A stretch of DNA of 64,000 nucleotides from Candidatus Dormibacteria bacterium (GCA_044450385.1 JBIOIZ010000004.1:18334-82333); one strand, 5' to 3'; shown: positions 8,632-18,866, counted from the first letter of the stretch. Notes: a model not told the origin generated them from the letters alone. Numbers and translations are program-made.

Positions 8632-9147
8632 ATGCCGGCCGGCGAGCAGGCTGTCGTGTCGGGTGACGGCGGTGTCCCGAACTGGCGAGACGACGAGGTG
8701 CAGATTCGCGCGCTGGTCACTCGGTACTTCATCGCGCTCGACCAGCGCGATTACGACTCTCTCGAATCGTGCTTCGGGCCGGACGCGACCGGGTGGTACG
8801 ACCGCGAGTACGGCCCGGGGCGCGAGGCGATCGTGGCGTACCTGAAGAGCGCGATGTCCCGCTGGAACGCCACGACACACCTTGGCGGGAACGTCGAGGT
8901 CGTCGTGGGTGACGGCATCGCCCACGCTCAGGTCTACGCGGTCGCATATCTCATATCGGATCAGCCTGCCGGCGGAGGCTCGCGCATCCGCGTTCGCGGG
9001 CTGCGGTACAGCGATATCTTCACCGTCGTTGCGGGTCGATGGTTGATCAGCCGGCGCGTGCGTGTCGCCGACTGGTCCTTTGACGTCGAGGGCCGGCACT
9101 TCACCGGGGTCGACAGCGAGGTCTCCCCTCCCCCACATCCGTCATAG
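8632..9147 (+). CDS. SnoaL-like / NTF2-fold protein
   Basis: Only the last 171 codons of ORF 7879..9147 look real. IRALVTRYFIALDQRDYDSLESCFGPDA is a typical SnoaL_4 N-terminus. Confidence 0.75.
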   Translation: MPAGEQAVVSGDGGVPNWRDDEVQIRALVTRYFIALDQRDYDSLESCFGPDATGWYDREYGPGREAIVAYLKSAMSRWNATTHLGGNVEVVVGDGIAHAQVYAVAYLISDQPAGGGSRIRVRGLRYSDIFTVVAGRWLISRRVRVADWSFDVEGRHFTGVDSEVSPPPHPS

Positions 9148-9166
9148 CCCGCTCGTTCAGCTGAGG

Positions 9167-9976
9167 CTATTCGCTGGAATCGGGAACGTCGACAACGGCC
9201 AGAAGATCGAGGCGCACGTAGTCCTGGTCATACGTCCCATCATCGCGGCGGAGTTCGACGATGGCTCGCGATTCCACGCGCTGTCGGAATTCGGCAGCGT
9301 CGCGTTCGGTCATCGATGCTTCATACGCAATCGAGACCTGGCTTCGCAGCCATCCACGCAGAGCATCCTCGTCAGGAACCGAACGCCGCTGGTGGCGCAG
9401 CGCGGTCCAGCTGCGAGCCTCCGAGAAACCCGCGTCGACGAGCCGCTGCTTGTAGGCGTCGGGCGCTGGAAAGTACCACGGTGGCGTGACGTCGAGCGCC
9501 ATGTCGCTCGCAGTTTCGTCAAGGATCTGGCGAGCTCGAGCGATCTGGCCCTGGCCACCGAACTCGGCTCGGAAGACTCCGTCGGGGCGGAGGACGCCGT
9601 GAATGTGCCGAAGCACCTCCGTATGATCGGCTTCCGGAATCCAGTGCAGGACGGCTGTCGAGACAGCCAGGTCAAATGATCCGATGTCCGCCGTGATGTC
9701 CTGCGCGGCACATTCGACGAAGCGCAGCCGCGGATGGCGGCGGCGCGCCTCGGTGACCATCGAGCTCGACGCATCGATGCCAACGACCTGGCCCTGCGGT
9801 GCCAGTTCGGCAAGCCTCGCAACCAGGTCACCCGTCCCGCACCCGATGTCGAGGATCGAGCTGTGGGACGCGATCTCGAGCGTGTCGAGGAACCCGGCAT
9901 CGAAGCTCCGGTGGTGGGCGCTGTTGGCGCCATAGAGCCCGGCATCCCACCGAATCGACGCTCGCGCTCTCTCCAC
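9167..9976 (-). CDS. Class I SAM-dependent methyltransferase, trans-aconitate methyltransferase (Tam)-like
   Basis: ILDIGCGTGDL SAM motif I. N-terminal W-D-x-x-x-Y pattern and ~270 aa length resemble Tam. Confidence 0.8.
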   Translation of the reverse strand: MERARASIRWDAGLYGANSAHHRSFDAGFLDTLEIASHSSILDIGCGTGDLVARLAELAPQGQVVGIDASSSMVTEARRRHPRLRFVECAAQDITADIGSFDLAVSTAVLHWIPEADHTEVLRHIHGVLRPDGVFRAEFGGQGQIARARQILDETASDMALDVTPPWYFPAPDAYKQRLVDAGFSEARSWTALRHQRRSVPDEDALRGWLRSQVSIAYEASMTERDAAEFRQRVESRAIVELRRDDGTYDQDYVRLDLLAVVDVPDSSE

Positions 9977-9984
9977 CTCGTCGT

Positions 9985-11208
9985 TCAGTTGTTGTCGATC
10001 GTGAACGTGGCCAGCGCATGGTGCTTGGCGGCTTCAAGATCGACGTCGACACCCAGACCGGGTGCGGACGGCGCAGACACGTTGCCGTCCTTGACACTGA
10101 AATCGGCAGGTGCGCTCGAGATCGGGTCGACATCGACGACATTGAGACCCAGGACGAACTCGGCGGCCATCGGCTGGGCGGCGAGCGAGGAATACACGTG
10201 CGCGCAGGCGGCGGCTTCGATGATGCTTCCGTGCGCGACGCCACCGAGGGTTGTCTGCAACCCGGCCGCCTCCGCGAGCGTGGCCATCTGTCTCACGCCG
10301 GAGAAGCCCCCGCTCTTCCAGAGCTTGAGCACAAGCCCGTCGCAACATCCGTGGGCGATGAGCCGCTGAACATCCGAGGCATGAATCGCGCTCTCGTCGA
10401 TGAGCAGCGGTGCAGCGCCCTGCGCGCGCAGGAGTCGCAAGCCCTCATGGTCATCGCGATGCATCGGCTGCTCGACATATGCGACGCGCTCGTCCTCGAG
10501 ACTCCGCACCACCCGCAGCGTGGTGCTCAGGTCGTAGCCCTCATTGGGATCGATGCCGATCTCGACACCGTGGCCGACCTCCGATCGAACCCGCCTGAAT
10601 GTCGCGATGTCTTCCTCCCAGCGAGCGCTCGGCCCCATCTTGAGGCAGATGGTGCGCACTCCGAACTCGGAGACAGCACGAACCGCCTCGGCAACCATGC
10701 TGTCCGGGGGATTCAGCGAGATCGACCAGTCGAGTGGTATCGAACGTCGCGTCCCACCCAGCAAGGCATACACCGGCAACCCGCACGTCTTGCCGACAAG
10801 GTCGTGCAGCGCCATGTCGATCCCGGCGAGGGCAACCGAGTTGGACGGAAGCAGGCGGTTGAGTGCCGGACCGATCAGCTCGCGCTCGAGAGCATTGGCG
10901 CCGATCAACGCCGGGCCGTAGTAATGACGGAGCGCCGCGACGATGCTGTCAGTGGTCTCGCCAAGCCACGGTGTGGGGGGACGCACCTGACCGAAACCGG
11001 CGACACCGTCGGTGCTCTCGACCTTGATCAGCACAGGATCGCCGACCCACGGACGGGCGTCGTCGCCGGCAACCACTCCCTTTGACAATGTGCGCCGGAA
11101 TTTCAACTGCACCTTGAGCGGCATGATCTCGACGCGCCGGATGGTCACTGCGGGGCGCGTTTCCACGCGCTGAGCGGACAGAACGGAGGGTTCGGAGGTC
11201 ACGTGCAT
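9985..11208 (-). CDS. Enolase-superfamily enzyme (mandelate racemase / muconate lactonizing enzyme family)
   Basis: Capping and barrel domain pattern (VEIMPLKV..., ...CLKMG..., IDPNEGY, YVEQP). Start may be GTG 11202, which has better spacing to AGGAG. Confidence 0.9.
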   Translation of the reverse strand: MHVTSEPSVLSAQRVETRPAVTIRRVEIMPLKVQLKFRRTLSKGVVAGDDARPWVGDPVLIKVESTDGVAGFGQVRPPTPWLGETTDSIVAALRHYYGPALIGANALERELIGPALNRLLPSNSVALAGIDMALHDLVGKTCGLPVYALLGGTRRSIPLDWSISLNPPDSMVAEAVRAVSEFGVRTICLKMGPSARWEEDIATFRRVRSEVGHGVEIGIDPNEGYDLSTTLRVVRSLEDERVAYVEQPMHRDDHEGLRLLRAQGAAPLLIDESAIHASDVQRLIAHGCCDGLVLKLWKSGGFSGVRQMATLAEAAGLQTTLGGVAHGSIIEAAACAHVYSSLAAQPMAAEFVLGLNVVDVDPISSAPADFSVKDGNVSAPSAPGLGVDVDLEAAKHHALATFTIDNN

Positions 11209-11255
11209 GCTCCTAAGTGCGAACGCGGTTGTCTGATTGCTGAGAACGATCCATG

Positions 11256-12548
11256 TCAGATCGCCGGCACCGCTTCCACAGTCACCCCCTGCGTGGAGAC
11301 CTCGGCGATCTGACGGAGCAGCAGTGCCGCCACCAGCAGCGTGATCGCGACGGCTGTCCAGGCGATTCGGTACGAGCCGCTGAGATCGACCAGAACGCCG
11401 AATGCAAATGGGCCGCCGAAGATTCCCACCTGGGCGATGGCCATCCCGTATGCAACTGAGCGGCCCCGTTTGTCAGGGGGTGCGATTTCGGAGAGGAGCG
11501 TGATGTACACGCCATTCCACCCGATGATCGTTGCCCCGAGGGCGAACACGATCACGAGCAGCAGAATCACCGGCGTTGATACCGGAATCCACCCGAGGAT
11601 GACGAAGCCGGCGGCTCCGAGGAGACTCACGAGGATGAGGGGACCACGACGCCGTCCCTTGAAGAGGCGATCGCTGATCGTTCCCCAGAACAACCGGCCC
11701 GCGACGCCGCCGGCATTGGCCGCAACGAGAAACCACGACGCCTCCGCCAGCGACATGTGCCACGTTTCGAAGAGGTACAACGCGATGTAGCTGACGAGCA
11801 CGAACTGGCCGAGGGTGAGGAAGATTGCCGCGAGGCCGATGAACGTCGCGTCGTGGGTTGCCACCGCCTTGAACGAGCCGCGGTCGCGACGGATCCTCCC
11901 GCGCGGCTTACTGGGGGCACTGCGCACCAGGGCATAGCCGATCAGCGCGCCAAGAATTGCGAGTCCTGCCGCAACGAACAATGCCTGGCGCCACCCGGCG
12001 GCGATCGCGATCGGTGGAAGGATCAATGCTGCCAGCGCACCGCCGAGCGGAACACCGGCCTGGCGAATGCTCATCACAAACGCGCGGTCGCGCAGGTGAA
12101 ACGCGGAGATGATCGCGGTGCTCCCGGCGGGCGTCGGGGTGGCTCCAGCGAGCCCGATGATGATCAGGAGGGGCAGGAACACGGCAAAGCTCGGGGCGAG
12201 TGCGGTCACCGCAGTGACCAACCCCGCGGCAATGCCACCTGCGACGAGCACTCGCCGCTCTCCGAGAACATCGACCGCCCACCCCGCCGGCAGCAGGGCG
12301 AGCATCGTGCCGAGATTCAGGATGGTGGCGAAGATGCCGATCTCCGGCCGGGTGAGCCCGAGGTCACCTTTTGCGAAGGGCGCCAGTGCCGGGAATCCCT
12401 GGGTCACGATCGAGATGGTCACCTGGATCAGCAGCGCCGACCCGAGAATCCGCCATCGATACTGCTGGGCCCGTGACGAAGGACTTTCGACCGGCGGCTG
12501 CTCGTCTGCTTCGACCTGTGAGGCTCCGGTCGGTGGGGGCACGCTCAT
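11256..12548 (-). CDS. MFS transporter
   Basis: 430 aa with about 12 hydrophobic segments. Start overlaps the stop of the FAD protein (ATGA on the minus strand). Confidence 0.9.
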   Translation of the reverse strand: MSVPPPTGASQVEADEQPPVESPSSRAQQYRWRILGSALLIQVTISIVTQGFPALAPFAKGDLGLTRPEIGIFATILNLGTMLALLPAGWAVDVLGERRVLVAGGIAAGLVTAVTALAPSFAVFLPLLIIIGLAGATPTPAGSTAIISAFHLRDRAFVMSIRQAGVPLGGALAALILPPIAIAAGWRQALFVAAGLAILGALIGYALVRSAPSKPRGRIRRDRGSFKAVATHDATFIGLAAIFLTLGQFVLVSYIALYLFETWHMSLAEASWFLVAANAGGVAGRLFWGTISDRLFKGRRRGPLILVSLLGAAGFVILGWIPVSTPVILLLVIVFALGATIIGWNGVYITLLSEIAPPDKRGRSVAYGMAIAQVGIFGGPFAFGVLVDLSGSYRIAWTAVAITLLVAALLLRQIAEVSTQGVTVEAVPAI

Positions 12549-13969
12549 CGCGAAGTTCCCGATCGAGCTGCATGCACCCCCGCTCGCAGGCCGGTGATCA
12601 GCGCGGCTGACAGTGCCCCGGCATAGCCCGTATTCGAGATCGCTCCAACATCGACGCCCGCGACGAATAGACCCGGCACCGGGCGATCGTCCCGGTCGAG
12701 AGCCTGCGCTTCAGCGTTGACCCGAATCCCCCCTTCCGTGAACGTGACGCCGGGAATCACGGGGACTGCGAAAAATGGCGCCTGCCTGCACGTGTGCAGG
12801 CCGCTTGCTCGAGGCACGGGCAGGCTGTCGGCGACGCCCTGGTCTGCTGCCGCGTCGAATCCACGGATCGTGGCAAGCGCGACCAGCGGCGGCACCTCGA
12901 ACTCAGCGAGCCCACGACAGAGTTCGTCAAGAGTGTCGGCGACAATCACGGTCCCGCCGGCGGCGCGCACCGCTGCGAGCGGATCGGAACGCATCATGTC
13001 GGGCACGAACGGTTCCATCACCGCGCTCTGGTGGCGCTCCTCGTCGAGCACGATGAACCCGGCGGCCTCGCGCTGCCGAAGCAGTTCGAGGCCGCACAGC
13101 GCGTCACCCCGGCTCTCATCCACGAAACGCACACCGTCGAGATTGAGGAGCATGCACTCTTCAACGTAGAACTGCGTGAGCGCACGAAAGCCGCCGGGAT
13201 CGAGTGCTCGGTCGAGCTTCGGCATCACGTGCGCATACGCCGCGTTCAGCCCGCGACTCGTCGACGCTCCTGCGTCGAGTGCGAGGCGAAACCCGTCGCC
13301 CGTGCTCGATGGGCTCGCGCGCAGCAGAGCCCGGTCAGCCCACTGACTCACATGGCGGGCCATCAGTTCGGCATCACCTTGGAAGCCGCCCGTGGCCAGT
13401 ACCACACTGCGAGATCGCACCACGCGCGTCCCTTCGCTACTTCGCACCCGAGCGCCCACGATCGCTCCGTCGTCGTTCTGCACGAGTCCGACAACTCTCG
13501 AGTTGCAGGCGAGGGTGCCGCCTCCCTTCAAGAAGGCGTCGACCAGTGGCTCCACAGCACCAAGGACGGGATCCGGTTCGATGCGAAACCCCGACCCCGC
13601 TCGGTCCGGGCCCAACCCGTTGTGTGGCTCGCCCAGACGCACCTGGTGCTCGGCGAGCCATTCAATCCCGGTTGCGAAATCATCCACGAGCACGCGACCG
13701 AGCATAGGGTCGCCATGAGGAACGCATCGCCGGTAATCCGCGAATGACTGGAATGTCCACACATACCCGCCCGAGATTGCGAGAGACCCGCCTGGCGCAG
13801 CGGCCTTTTCCACGATGAGCACCCGTGCGCCATCCTCTTGGGCCGCGATGCCGGCGACAAGTCCGCCCATGCCCGCCCCGCTGACGATGACATCCGCGTC
13901 CCGCTCCGGTTCAGACACACCGGAAGGGGTCAGCACCAACCGCCGCTCACGACCGTGGCACGGAAGCAC
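12545..13969 (-). CDS. FAD-dependent oxidoreductase (fumarate reductase/succinate dehydrogenase flavoprotein-like, FAD_binding_2)
   Basis: DVIVSGAGMGGLVAGIAAQEDGARVLIVEK dinucleotide fold; C-terminal GLFVAGVDVG motif. Confidence 0.85.
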   Translation of the reverse strand: MLPCHGRERRLVLTPSGVSEPERDADVIVSGAGMGGLVAGIAAQEDGARVLIVEKAAAPGGSLAISGGYVWTFQSFADYRRCVPHGDPMLGRVLVDDFATGIEWLAEHQVRLGEPHNGLGPDRAGSGFRIEPDPVLGAVEPLVDAFLKGGGTLACNSRVVGLVQNDDGAIVGARVRSSEGTRVVRSRSVVLATGGFQGDAELMARHVSQWADRALLRASPSSTGDGFRLALDAGASTSRGLNAAYAHVMPKLDRALDPGGFRALTQFYVEECMLLNLDGVRFVDESRGDALCGLELLRQREAAGFIVLDEERHQSAVMEPFVPDMMRSDPLAAVRAAGGTVIVADTLDELCRGLAEFEVPPLVALATIRGFDAAADQGVADSLPVPRASGLHTCRQAPFFAVPVIPGVTFTEGGIRVNAEAQALDRDDRPVPGLFVAGVDVGAISNTGYAGALSAALITGLRAGVHAARSGTSR

Positions 13970-14011
13970 CGACCTCCGATGCGGAAGACGGTAGTCATCG
14001 ACGTGCTTGAG

Positions 14012-14713
14012 CTACCCGACCAGGATCCGTGCGACTTCGTCGCGACCGCGCACCTCCTCGACGGTCCCCGACGTCACATTACGGCCCTGCGCGAGCAGGA
14101 ACACAGAGTCGGCGTGATCCATTGCGATGCTCGCGTTCTGCTCGACAACGAGCAGCCCGACGCCGAGTCCCCTGATCCGGTCGATCTGCTCCCACACCCG
14201 CTCCGCATACAGCGGGGAAAGACCTGCGGTGGGCTCGTCGAGGATCGCAACTTTCGGATCGGTCATGAGCAGACGCGCGAGCGCGAGCATTCGCTGCTGA
14301 CCGCCCGATAGGGTGGCACTCTTCTTATGGCGGTCCTTCGCGAGGTCCGGAAACAGCTCCATCACAGTGTCGATGCGCCGCGTCAAGCTGCCCTGGATGG
14401 TGTAGCCGCCCATTTCCAGATTCTCGATGACGGTCATCTGATCGAAGATGTTCATGAGCTGGGGGAGATACGCGAGGCCGCGACGCACCAGCTTGTGCGG
14501 CCCCATCCCGGTGATCTCCTCGCCGAGAAGGGTTACGCTGCCCTCGCGGATCGTGAGCAACCCCACGATGGCCTTCGCGAGCGTCGACTTTCCGGCGCCG
14601 TTCGGCCCCAGGATCACGGTGGTGGTGCCCGCCTCACAGTGCACGCCAACCTTGTCGAGAACCGGCGGCCCGTCGTATCCAGCGGTGACGCCGACCGCAG
14701 TCAAGTCCGGCAT
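14012..14713 (-). CDS. livF: Branched-chain-amino-acid-type ABC transporter ATP-binding protein
   Basis: Walker A GPNGAGKST, signature LSGGQQ; 233 aa. Confidence 0.92.
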   Translation of the reverse strand: MPDLTAVGVTAGYDGPPVLDKVGVHCEAGTTTVILGPNGAGKSTLAKAIVGLLTIREGSVTLLGEEITGMGPHKLVRRGLAYLPQLMNIFDQMTVIENLEMGGYTIQGSLTRRIDTVMELFPDLAKDRHKKSATLSGGQQRMLALARLLMTDPKVAILDEPTAGLSPLYAERVWEQIDRIRGLGVGLLVVEQNASIAMDHADSVFLLAQGRNVTSGTVEEVRGRDEVARILVG

Positions 14714-15535
14714 TCAGGCACCTGTAGTCGGGTGTGGCGTCAATGAGCGCCCGCCCACGCCCAGATACGCTGCGATGACGTCTTCATGTTGACGGACGGA
14801 GTCCAACGGGCCGCGGGTGAGCACTTTCCCCTCCGCCATGACGACAACGTCGTCAGCGACGGTCGAAAGGAATTCCATGTTGTGCGCGATGAGCAGGATG
14901 GTCACGCCCTGCGCAACGATTTCCCGGATGCGCGTGGCGATGAGCCGGCTGGTCTCCGGGAACACCCCCGCCGTCGGCTCATCGAGCAGCAGCAGCTTCG
15001 GGTGCGCCAGCAACGCACGCGAGATCTCCATGAGGCGGCGCTGCCCCCCGCTCAACGTTCCCGCCGGCTTCTCCAGATGATCGCTCAATCCGAGCCAGTT
15101 GAGCAGGCTCTTCGCCTCCTCGCGATTGGCGTCTTCCTGCTGCGCCCAGGATCGGCGCCAGAACATCGCTTTCAGTGGGTTCTCCCCCTGCTGACCTTGC
15201 GCAGCCACCAGGACGTTCTCGAGAACCGTCAGGCGTGGCAGCACCCGAGCTGTCTGAAAGGTGCGGGCAATCCCCATCTGCGAGACGCGCGGAGGCCCCC
15301 ATCCCCTGGTGTCGACGCCTTGAAACAGAATGGCGCCGCGGTCCGGCGACAGGGTTCCGCTCAAAACTTCGATCAGGGTGGACTTCCCCGCGCCGTTGGG
15401 GCCGATGAGCCCGGTCACCGTGCCACGGTCGATGCTGAAGCTTGCGCCGTCGACCGCCTTGACGCCGCCGTATGCGAATTGCACGTCACGGATATCGAGG
15501 ATGACATCGCCTGCTGTCGCGAGAGACTCGGTCAC
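14714..15535 (-). CDS. livG: Branched-chain-amino-acid-type ABC transporter ATP-binding protein
   Basis: Walker A GPNGAGKST, LSGGQRR. ORF track runs to 15604; GTG 15535 overlaps the livM stop (GTGA) and is preferred. Confidence 0.92.
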   Translation of the reverse strand: MTESLATAGDVILDIRDVQFAYGGVKAVDGASFSIDRGTVTGLIGPNGAGKSTLIEVLSGTLSPDRGAILFQGVDTRGWGPPRVSQMGIARTFQTARVLPRLTVLENVLVAAQGQQGENPLKAMFWRRSWAQQEDANREEAKSLLNWLGLSDHLEKPAGTLSGGQRRLMEISRALLAHPKLLLLDEPTAGVFPETSRLIATRIREIVAQGVTILLIAHNMEFLSTVADDVVVMAEGKVLTRGPLDSVRQHEDVIAAYLGVGGRSLTPHPTTGA

Positions 15536-16518
15536 GGCGACTGTCGTCCCGGAAGCACACGCCTCCGTGCGGCCGACGCCGTCGTTCGATACCACTTCAA
15601 CCACCGCTCGGGGAAAAGGCCTTCAGGCCGGTAGCGGAGCACGAGAATCAGTGCGACCCCGATGATGATCGCCCTGATCGCTCCCGCATCGGCCTGGCTG
15701 CCGAAGGTGGGTGCATACCGTGACAACTCGGCCAGGCCCTCAATGACGACGAATGCCCCGAAGACGGCGCCCCAGTAGTTGCCGGAGCCGCCGATGATCA
15801 GGGCGGCTAGGAGGAAGAACGATTCCAGCGGAAGGAACGCGCTCGGGCTCCAGGCGGTGATGTAGAAGATGAAGAGTCCGCCGGCGATACCGGCCATGAA
15901 GCAGCCGATGACGAACACCCAGAGCTGAGGACGCCAGGACGCATGCCCGAACGCGGAGGTCACAGTCTCATCCTCGCGGATCGCCCGCAGCAGGCGGCCG
16001 AACGGCGATCGGAAGATGCGCATCGAGATGAAGACAAACAGCGCGAGGAGGATCGCCGCAACGAGCAGCACGATGAGTGAGTACTGCTCGGAGCTGACGT
16101 TGAGGTTGCCGGTGATCGCCGGAACGTTGAACAGGCCGGTCGCGCCATCAAACAGGGGTATGAAGCTGTTGATGACGTTGTACACGATGAATGCGGCCGA
16201 CACCGTCACGATCGCCAGGTAGTCACTGCGGAGACGCCGGACCGTGAAAGCGAAGACGACCGCGCCGGCCGCAGCGGCGACGACGCCACCGAGGAGCAGG
16301 CCGACGTACCACGGCAGCGTCCAGCCGAAGATATAACTGATACCCGGGAGAGTCGGAGGCCCCATGGTGGTGACACCGGCGATGTACGCGCCGATCGCGA
16401 CGTACATATAGAAGGCGAAGTTGAGGAGGCCGGTGTAGCCGTATTGGAGGTTGAGGCCCACCACCATGATGCTGACGATGCAGCCGAGGGCGAGCAGGTC
16501 GGTGAGGAAGAACAGCAT
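15532..16518 (-). CDS. livM: Liv-type ABC transporter permease
   Basis: 328-aa polytopic membrane protein in the LivM position; 1-nt stop/start overlap with livH. Confidence 0.9.
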   Translation of the reverse strand: MLFFLTDLLALGCIVSIMVVGLNLQYGYTGLLNFAFYMYVAIGAYIAGVTTMGPPTLPGISYIFGWTLPWYVGLLLGGVVAAAAGAVVFAFTVRRLRSDYLAIVTVSAAFIVYNVINSFIPLFDGATGLFNVPAITGNLNVSSEQYSLIVLLVAAILLALFVFISMRIFRSPFGRLLRAIREDETVTSAFGHASWRPQLWVFVIGCFMAGIAGGLFIFYITAWSPSAFLPLESFFLLAALIIGGSGNYWGAVFGAFVVIEGLAELSRYAPTFGSQADAGAIRAIIIGVALILVLRYRPEGLFPERWLKWYRTTASAARRRVLPGRQSP

Positions 16519-17357
16519 CAGCTCGTCTTCCCGGCTGCCGAGAACAGACCCTGTGGCCGGAAGAGGAGCAACACGATCACAAACCCGAAGGCGATCGATG
16601 TCTTGTACGCGGAGTCGACGTAGCTTCCGGACACCTCGGTGAGGATACCCACGACGAGGGCGCCGAGCATGGCGCCGTACGGGCGGCCGATTCCACCAAG
16701 GATCACGGCGCCGAAGATGACGAACAGCTCACTGAAGCCCGTGGTCGGGTCAAGGGTGCTCTCCTGCATGACAAGACCAACTCCCGCGACCGCGGTCAGG
16801 ATGCCCGCGATGAACCAGGTGATGCTGATGACCCGGTCGCTGTCGATCCCGCATGCCTTGGCAAGGTCCACGTTGTTCGAGGTTGCGCGGAGCGACTTGC
16901 CGAACTTCGTGTAGGTGAGCATTGCGTGCAGAAGGACCAACAGGGCGACAGCCGCGCCGATGGTGACGAGGTCACCAGGTGTGAGCACGAGCGGACCGAT
17001 GTGGAGTGCGTTGCCGAGGGTGACATTGAAGCGCACCGGCTCCGTGCCCCAGATGATGGTCATTCCGTTCTGCACGATGAAGGAAAGGCCGACCCCGGCG
17101 ATGAGAAGTGTGACGGGACGGACACGGCGGCGCATGAACGGCCGGAAGATCACGAAGTTGGAAACCACACCGAGGATGCCCGTCGCGATCCCGCCGATCA
17201 GCACGGCCAGGAAGAAGTTGACGCCCGAGTGGGCGACGGTCCATGCGATGTATGCCCCGAAGGTCATGAAGTCGCCGTAGGCGAAGTTGATGAAGTTGGT
17301 CACGCTGACCTGGAGTGACACGGCGACGGCCGCCAGCGCGAGAACTGACGCCGTCAC
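16518..17357 (-). CDS. livH: Liv-type ABC transporter permease
   Basis: ...NFINFAYGDF... LivH pattern. The annotated GTG start truncates a conserved-looking N-terminus (see findings). Confidence 0.85.
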   Translation of the reverse strand: MTASVLALAAVAVSLQVSVTNFINFAYGDFMTFGAYIAWTVAHSGVNFFLAVLIGGIATGILGVVSNFVIFRPFMRRRVRPVTLLIAGVGLSFIVQNGMTIIWGTEPVRFNVTLGNALHIGPLVLTPGDLVTIGAAVALLVLLHAMLTYTKFGKSLRATSNNVDLAKACGIDSDRVISITWFIAGILTAVAGVGLVMQESTLDPTTGFSELFVIFGAVILGGIGRPYGAMLGALVVGILTEVSGSYVDSAYKTSIAFGFVIVLLLFRPQGLFSAAGKTS

Positions 17358-17459
17358 CAGGCCAAATCCGACGGCCTCAATGAACTGACTGATCTGTGCG
17401 TCCTCCCGCAGCGGTGACGATGAGCCTGCTCACAACGGGGATGAAAGGCATGAAGCCTC

Positions 17460-18728
17460 TCATCCCGCGGCGAGCGCTTGCTGGATTGCCTGTGGGGTCA
17501 ACGCCTGGACGGAGCTCGAGGTCCCGTCCGCGTTGTAATGCAGGATGTCGAACGGTCCGTACACGTTGTGGTGTTGGTCGAAGTCGACGCTACTTGCCGC
17601 CCCTTCGTAATTGATGGACTTGCCGGACTTGAGCAGACCAAGACAGGTCGTGTAGTCGAAGCATTGCGTGCCGGGCCCGTTGGCCGCCTTGAGGATGCCC
17701 TGCTCGATCCCTGGTGAGCTGGTGGTCCCCGCGATCTGCGCTCCCAGCGCCCAGACGTTCACGGCGTCGTACATGTAGGTCTCGCCATTGCTCGGCTGGG
17801 TCGCGCCCGTGTACTGGGTGAGGGCGCTGAGGAAGCCGGGGTAGCCCTGGTTCTCAGTGCCCGAGTTCGCGATGTAGATCGGTCCTGAGGCGATCGCATT
17901 GCTGACGGAGGCGGTGAACTCGCTCGCGAACCAGAGGTTGCTCGCCACCCACGGCGTGCTCAGGAGACCTTCCTGCTTCAGCTCACCGAAGAGAACACCG
18001 GCGGACGGGATGTCGAACTGCGCGAGGATCGCCTGAGGCTGCTGGGAGAACAGCTGCTGGATCTCGCTGCGGAAGGAGGTCGACCCGACGGCGATGGTCA
18101 CCTGGTTGGTGATGGTCATGCCCAGCTTGGCAGCCGAGGCGACGATACCCGGAACGAGCGACTGATCGGCAGACTGATTCCCGATGGCGAGAGCCACCTT
18201 GTTCCAGCCCTTCTCGTGGGCGTACACGGTCATCGCGTCAGCCTGCTCGGTATCGGACGGCGACATCCGGAAGAATTGCGAGTTCGGGATCGCGTCGAAA
18301 GCCGCCCCGCCTCCCCACATCAGGTTGGGGATGTTCGCCTTCACCGCCAGCGGCAGCACTACGGAGTCGGTGAGCGACGTGGGGCCGACGATACCGGCGA
18401 CGTTGTCGGACTGGATCTCCTTCTGCGCCGCCGGCACCGCGTCACCGGGGTCGGCAGCGTCGTCCTGAACGTCCAGGTTCACCTTTCCGCCCAGCACGCC
18501 GCCGTCCTTGTTGATGATGTCGAGAGCGAGCTTCGCGCCGGTGACCATTCCCTGACCAACGTCGGCTCGGGCGCCGGTGAGCGGGCCGATCAGGCCGAGA
18601 AGGACCGGACTTGTGCTGCTCGGAGACGAGCCGCCCGAACCACCGCATGCGGCCAAGGCCAGCACGCCCAAGGTGATTGCGCCCGTTGCCAGTGTTGGCC
18701 TCACCCTAGCGATTGCCATATTCGTCAC
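17460..18728 (-). CDS. Liv-type ABC transporter substrate-binding lipoprotein
   Basis: Lipobox LALAAC/GGSGGS signal; periplasmic-binding-protein type I pattern; 422 aa. Confidence 0.9.
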   Translation of the reverse strand: MTNMAIARVRPTLATGAITLGVLALAACGGSGGSSPSSTSPVLLGLIGPLTGARADVGQGMVTGAKLALDIINKDGGVLGGKVNLDVQDDAADPGDAVPAAQKEIQSDNVAGIVGPTSLTDSVVLPLAVKANIPNLMWGGGAAFDAIPNSQFFRMSPSDTEQADAMTVYAHEKGWNKVALAIGNQSADQSLVPGIVASAAKLGMTITNQVTIAVGSTSFRSEIQQLFSQQPQAILAQFDIPSAGVLFGELKQEGLLSTPWVASNLWFASEFTASVSNAIASGPIYIANSGTENQGYPGFLSALTQYTGATQPSNGETYMYDAVNVWALGAQIAGTTSSPGIEQGILKAANGPGTQCFDYTTCLGLLKSGKSINYEGAASSVDFDQHHNVYGPFDILHYNADGTSSSVQALTPQAIQQALAAG

Positions 18729-18851
18729 CCTCGTCCGCCCACTGCGCTGTGGCGGCTAGATCCGACCGTGGCCCTGAACATGTGCTCCAAGTCGCAACCC
18801 AACCCCACACACGATCCAGGGAACGACCGCCGGGGGTACCTAGGGTTGTGG

Positions 18852-18866
18852 AGAATAGGAAATAGG
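18852..18866 (-). promoter_or_regulatory. AT-rich heptad element, site b2: CCTATTTCCTATTCT (minus strand), overlapping spacer and -10
   Basis: Direct reading; second copy 33 nt downstream of site b1 on the same strand. Confidence 0.45.
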
